This document shows positions 60,863 to 64,000 of a DNA stretch of 64,000 nt, one piece after another. Both the position numbers and the translations under genes were made by a program. Below the pieces are notes generated by a model. It ran no database searches and was not told the origin of the DNA. It saw nothing but the letters and a program-made list of their open reading frames with translations. Numbering within the stretch: position 1 is the stretch's first letter; each line of letters starts with the position of its first letter. The stretch is from Candidatus Nealsonbacteria bacterium. Lineage in GTDB: Bacteria > Patescibacteriota > Minisyncoccia > Minisyncoccales > MHMH01. The DNA lies in contig JACPGX010000005.1 of assembly GCA_016188865.1 (NCBI GenBank), positions 114,081 through 178,080 of the forward strand, written 5' to 3'.

Positions 60863-61416
60863 CTCCAACCTCCTCCCCTTGAGAGATTGTTAAGCAATTA
60901 ATGATTTCTCAAGGGGAAAATAGCTGTATTTGAAAAATAAGCAAATGGAGGCGACTAGATGGAGCTGAAGTTTTGCCCAAGGTGCGGGGGTGAGTTAAAC
61001 TGGTTAATGCGGTGGAGGCAATTAGTCTGACCCTCCCTTGAGTGCAGTTGGCACTCTTCAGGAGCCTCATCTCGCCGTACTCTCTATTCATTTTTAATGC
61101 GACGAAGAAGGGGGAAGACGTAAGTCTTGCCCCTCTGCCAGAGATTATTAATTAGTAATCTCTGGCGGGGAATGTAGCTTTCATGGCGGCGAAATGGACA
61201 TCGATTTAGTGTCTGATAACCAAAAATTAACTGATTAAGAACTAATAATGGTGTTCATTTCGCCGCGATGAAACATGATAGGATGTCCGACTTCCTATCA
61301 TAAGCGAGGCTGGAAGCGCTTTCGTCCCGTCATTGTCCTCTTTTTTAAGGAATACAAAAGCGGGATGGGAGCACTTCCAGTCTTGACAGAAAATAAAAAA
61401 ATAAAAAGGAGGAGCC

Positions 61417-61554
61417 ATGTCAACTGCCACCGTGATTAAACCGAGTGATCAGCCAACCCAACCAGCATATTGCACGTTTTCCCTGTGCCCCAGGATCCAG
61501 CAGTTCGGCGCTATTGCCTGCGAGAAATGCCCCCGTGGCGACAATAAGAAATAG
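61417..61554 (+). CDS. Small 4-Cys protein (45 aa, C-x5-C-x10-C-x2-C), possible zinc-ribbon peptide
   Basis: SD AAGGAGG lies 7 nt upstream. An upstream TTGACA. A terminator directly downstream. GC-rich. Confidence 0.35.
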   Translation: MSTATVIKPSDQPTQPAYCTFSLCPRIQQFGAIACEKCPRGDNKK

Positions 61555-61578
61555 CGCCGTCCCGGTTCCCCCTCCAAG

Positions 61579-61617
61579 CTCGTCAGTTCGAATCTGGCGA
61601 GTTCTTGTTTTTTTATT
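61579..61617 (+). terminator. Rho-independent terminator (CTCGTCAG-TTCGAAT-CTGGCGAG + TTCTTGTTTTTTTATT)
   Basis: An 8-bp stem with one G-U. The loop resembles a tRNA T-loop. A long T-run follows. Confidence 0.7.
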
Positions 61618-64000
61618 CCTCCACGATTTCTTCTATGGTGTTGCAGATGATTTTTGGGACATTGTCGCGCATATCAACTTTGCCGGAAACAAAGACGATT
61701 TTGTTTTCCTGAAATACAGCAGGATAATTTTCTAAAGTTGACGGGAATACGACTAACTCGATGCGGCTGGCTTCATCTTCCAAATTAACAAAAAGCATAG
61801 GCTGGCCTTTTTTGGTGATAATTTTTTTAATAGTGGAAATAATGCCGCCTATTCTGACCACTCTTCCTGCCAAGTCTTGGGAAACATCAATGATTGGCAG
61901 GCATTTTTGTTCAAAAAGTTTTCTATAATTTCTAAGAGGATGCCCGGAGACGTAAAGTCCGAGCAGTTCTTTTTCCCATTTTAGTTTTTCTAATTCCAGC
62001 GAGGGAGCTGCCGCCAGCAGTTTTATCCCGCGTATGGTTTGAGGAGCCGAGTCAAATAAACCCTTTTGGCCGTTTGTTTTATTTTTCTGCGACTGTCTGG
62101 CGTGCTCTAAAAGTGTTTCCATATTTTGTAAAAGCTGGTTTCTTTCAGCTAACTTATCGAAAGCTCCGGCTTTGATTAAGCTTTCCAGCGATTTTTTATT
62201 TAAATCTTTAGAATTAACCCTGGAAACAAAGTTATCAATAGAAAGGTATGCCCCTCCAGTTTTTCTTTCCGTTAAAATAGCTTCCACGACTTTTTCGCCA
62301 ACATTTTTAATAGCCAAAAGTCCGAACCTTATTTGGTTTTTTTGCGGCACTACGCTGAAATTCATAAAGCTTTCATTGATATCCGGAGGCAAAACTTCAA
62401 TTTTCATTTTTTTGCACTCTTCTATCAAGACGGCAATTCTTTCGATATCAGCTTTTTCTGAAGTTAAAACAGCTGACATAAATTCAACAGGATAATGTGT
62501 TTTTAGCCAAGCGGTCTGGTAGGCAATAGTGGCGTAAGAAGCGGAGTGCGACCTGTTGAAACCATAATGAGCGAATGGCAAAATCCATTCCCAAATTTCC
62601 TCGGCGATTGCCTTATCAATGCCATTCTTAATCATTCCTTGAATCAGTTTTTCTTTTTGGGCCATCAATAAAGATTCTATTTTTTTACCCACAGCTTTCC
62701 TTAAGAAATCCGCTTCTCCCATAGTAAAGCCGGCCATATCTCTGGCAATTTGCATGAGCTGCTCCTGATATATGCAAATGCCTTGCGTTTTTTCCAGAAT
62801 CGGCTTTAACTTTGGATGCAAATATTCAATTTTTTCCTTGCCGTGTTTTCTGGCGATATAGTCGGGTATAAATTCCATGGGCCCCGGCCTGTATAAAGCA
62901 ACCATAGCAATAATGTCTTCAAACTCCGTGGGTTTTAATTGTTTTAAATACCTTTGCATTCCTCCGGATTCTAACTGGAAAACCGATACCGTATCGCCGC
63001 GCTGTAAAATTTTGTAAACCTCCTTATCGTCCATGGGAAGATGTTCTATGTCAATTGATTTATTATGAACTTTATAGATTCGCGCTAAAGTATCTTCGAT
63101 AATCGTTAAATTTTTTAATCCTAGAAAATCCATTTTTAAAAGACCAAGATCTTCGATGGCGTGCATTTCATATTGAGTAACGATAGCTTTGTCGTCCTGT
63201 GTGGGGTGCTGCAGGGGCACAATATTCTCCAAAGGTTCTTTTGAAATAACTACTCCGCAGGCATGAGTGGAGGCATGGCGGGCAACGCCTTCCAGTTTTT
63301 TTGCCAAATCAATCAATTTTTGCGCTTGCGCATCAGATTCGTATAATGCGCGGAATTCGGTAATTTGGCCGATGGTTTGATCCAAAGTAAAACCAAAGGG
63401 GATCATTTTGGCCATTTGGTCGCAGTAGCTGTAGGTATAGCCAAGAGCTCTTCCGACATCTCTGATAACAGCTCTGGCAGCCATAGTCCCGAAAGTGATT
63501 ATTTGAGCAACTTTATCTCTGCCGTATTTTTGGGCAACATACTCTATAACTTCGTTTCTTCTCCTGTCGGCGAAATCAAGGTCAATATCGGGAAGGCCGG
63601 CTGCCCTTTCGGGATTTAAAAATCTTTCAAACAAAAGATCGTATTTTAAAGGGTCAACGTTGGTAATATTTAAAACATAAGAAACGAGGGAGCCCGCGGC
63701 CGAGCCCCTGCCCGGGCCAACAACGATCCTGTTTTCTTTTGCCCAATTGACAAAATCCTGAACAATTAAAAAATAAGGAGCAAAGCCGGTTTGTTTTATT
63801 ATTTGGAGTTCGTATTCCAGCCGTTTCATAATTCCTTCAGTCGGTTTTGGATATTTATTTTCCAATCTTTGCAAGCAAAGATTCTTGATATAATCGTCCG
63901 GTGTTTTGTTTTCGGGCAAATCGAAAGAGGGGAGCTTGGCTTTTCCTAATTCAAAACCAAAATTGCACATTTCTTTTATTTTTTGAGTGTTTTCGATGGC
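61613..64000 (-). CDS. dnaE: DNA polymerase III alpha subunit DnaE, C-terminal about 795 aa (5' end beyond window)
   Basis: Palm/fingers segments (GLLKMDFLGLKNLT; FNRSHSASYA) and an OB domain. The frame is open to position 64000. Confidence 0.9.
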   Translation of the reverse strand, partial: AIENTQKIKEMCNFGFELGKAKLPSFDLPENKTPDDYIKNLCLQRLENKYPKPTEGIMKRLEYELQIIKQTGFAPYFLIVQDFVNWAKENRIVVGPGRGSAAGSLVSYVLNITNVDPLKYDLLFERFLNPERAAGLPDIDLDFADRRRNEVIEYVAQKYGRDKVAQIITFGTMAARAVIRDVGRALGYTYSYCDQMAKMIPFGFTLDQTIGQITEFRALYESDAQAQKLIDLAKKLEGVARHASTHACGVVISKEPLENIVPLQHPTQDDKAIVTQYEMHAIEDLGLLKMDFLGLKNLTIIEDTLARIYKVHNKSIDIEHLPMDDKEVYKILQRGDTVSVFQLESGGMQRYLKQLKPTEFEDIIAMVALYRPGPMEFIPDYIARKHGKEKIEYLHPKLKPILEKTQGICIYQEQLMQIARDMAGFTMGEADFLRKAVGKKIESLLMAQKEKLIQGMIKNGIDKAIAEEIWEWILPFAHYGFNRSHSASYATIAYQTAWLKTHYPVEFMSAVLTSEKADIERIAVLIEECKKMKIEVLPPDINESFMNFSVVPQKNQIRFGLLAIKNVGEKVVEAILTERKTGGAYLSIDNFVSRVNSKDLNKKSLESLIKAGAFDKLAERNQLLQNMETLLEHARQSQKNKTNGQKGLFDSAPQTIRGIKLLAAAPSLELEKLKWEKELLGLYVSGHPLRNYRKLFEQKCLPIIDVSQDLAGRVVRIGGIISTIKKIITKKGQPMLFVNLEDEASRIELVVFPSTLENYPAVFQENKIVFVSGKVDMRDNVPKIICNTIEEIVEE

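Noticed and set aside
60900-61400. Searched for tmRNA, SRP RNA and 6S RNA signatures in the GC-rich intergenic island
   Set aside because: No tmRNA tag-reading frame with tRNA-Ala-like ends was found. Neither the SRP domain IV motif (GGAAGCAGCCA-like) nor CCA ends were found. Left as unassigned structured sequence.
61581-61601. Possible tRNA gene suggested by a canonical GTCAG-TTCGAAT-CTGGC T-arm-like sequence
   Set aside because: No acceptor stem, D-arm or anticodon arm could be built upstream. The hairpin is followed by a long T-run and sits right after a small ORF, so it is called a terminator. It may derive from a tRNA fragment.
61445-61735. 96-aa ORF 61445..61735 (+)
   Set aside because: It is out of frame with the SD-preceded 45-aa ORF at 61417 and runs antisense into dnaE. 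The translation is Pro/Ser-rich and low-complexity.

Overview
This is an AT-rich bacterial segment that is mostly housekeeping. It has a small-genome, CPR/Patescibacteria-like look: ProS without an editing domain, an archaeal-type PurP, short PheT and GyrB. Those last points are inference from gene content only.

From the start of the window the core genes are:
- a ClpB/ClpC C-terminal fragment and a GHL-like hydrolase;
- a dcw cluster: mraZ-rsmH-ftsL-ftsI-murF-like;
- tRNA-Glu, a CPBP protease, a P-type ATPase with a CaCA exchanger, rmuC, rplU;
- recR-dnaB-cysS on the minus strand, dnaX, tRNA-Gln and a B12-radical SAM gene;
- RNase P RNA (minus strand), pyrB, a purP-like gene, purA, murJ;
- frr, rseP, proS, mreB, gatC and gatA;
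- a cluster of tRNA-fMet, tRNA-Met and tRNA-Asp;
- an ArsR/DUF1858/hemerythrin module, pyrF and pyrE;
- pheS, pheT, gyrB, secE, nusG and rplK;
- a thymidylate block: dCMP deaminase, dut, tmk and a short ThyA-family gene;
- gatB, miaA, a truncated miaB-like gene, thrS and the 3' part of dnaE.

Around this core sit several unusual elements:
1. Three RAYT-type HUH transposase paralogs, each flanked by its own palindromic REP-like hairpins. REP copies also lie in-frame inside the RAYT genes.
2. A 23-bp perfect palindrome embedded in-frame in both miaA and thrS, encoding the same LTRTVLV heptapeptide in each.
3. A second dispersed palindromic repeat family (GGAGGTTCGACCTCC-type).
4. A ~2.3-kb island of degraded mobile elements bounded by 20-bp inverted repeats.
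5. A secreted tandem-repeat cysteine-rich protein overlapped at its start by a 32-bp perfect palindrome.
6. Duplicated tRNA-Asp fragments flanking the intact tRNA-Asp gene.
7. GC-rich islands carrying small Cys-containing ORFs.

No rRNA or CRISPR array was seen.
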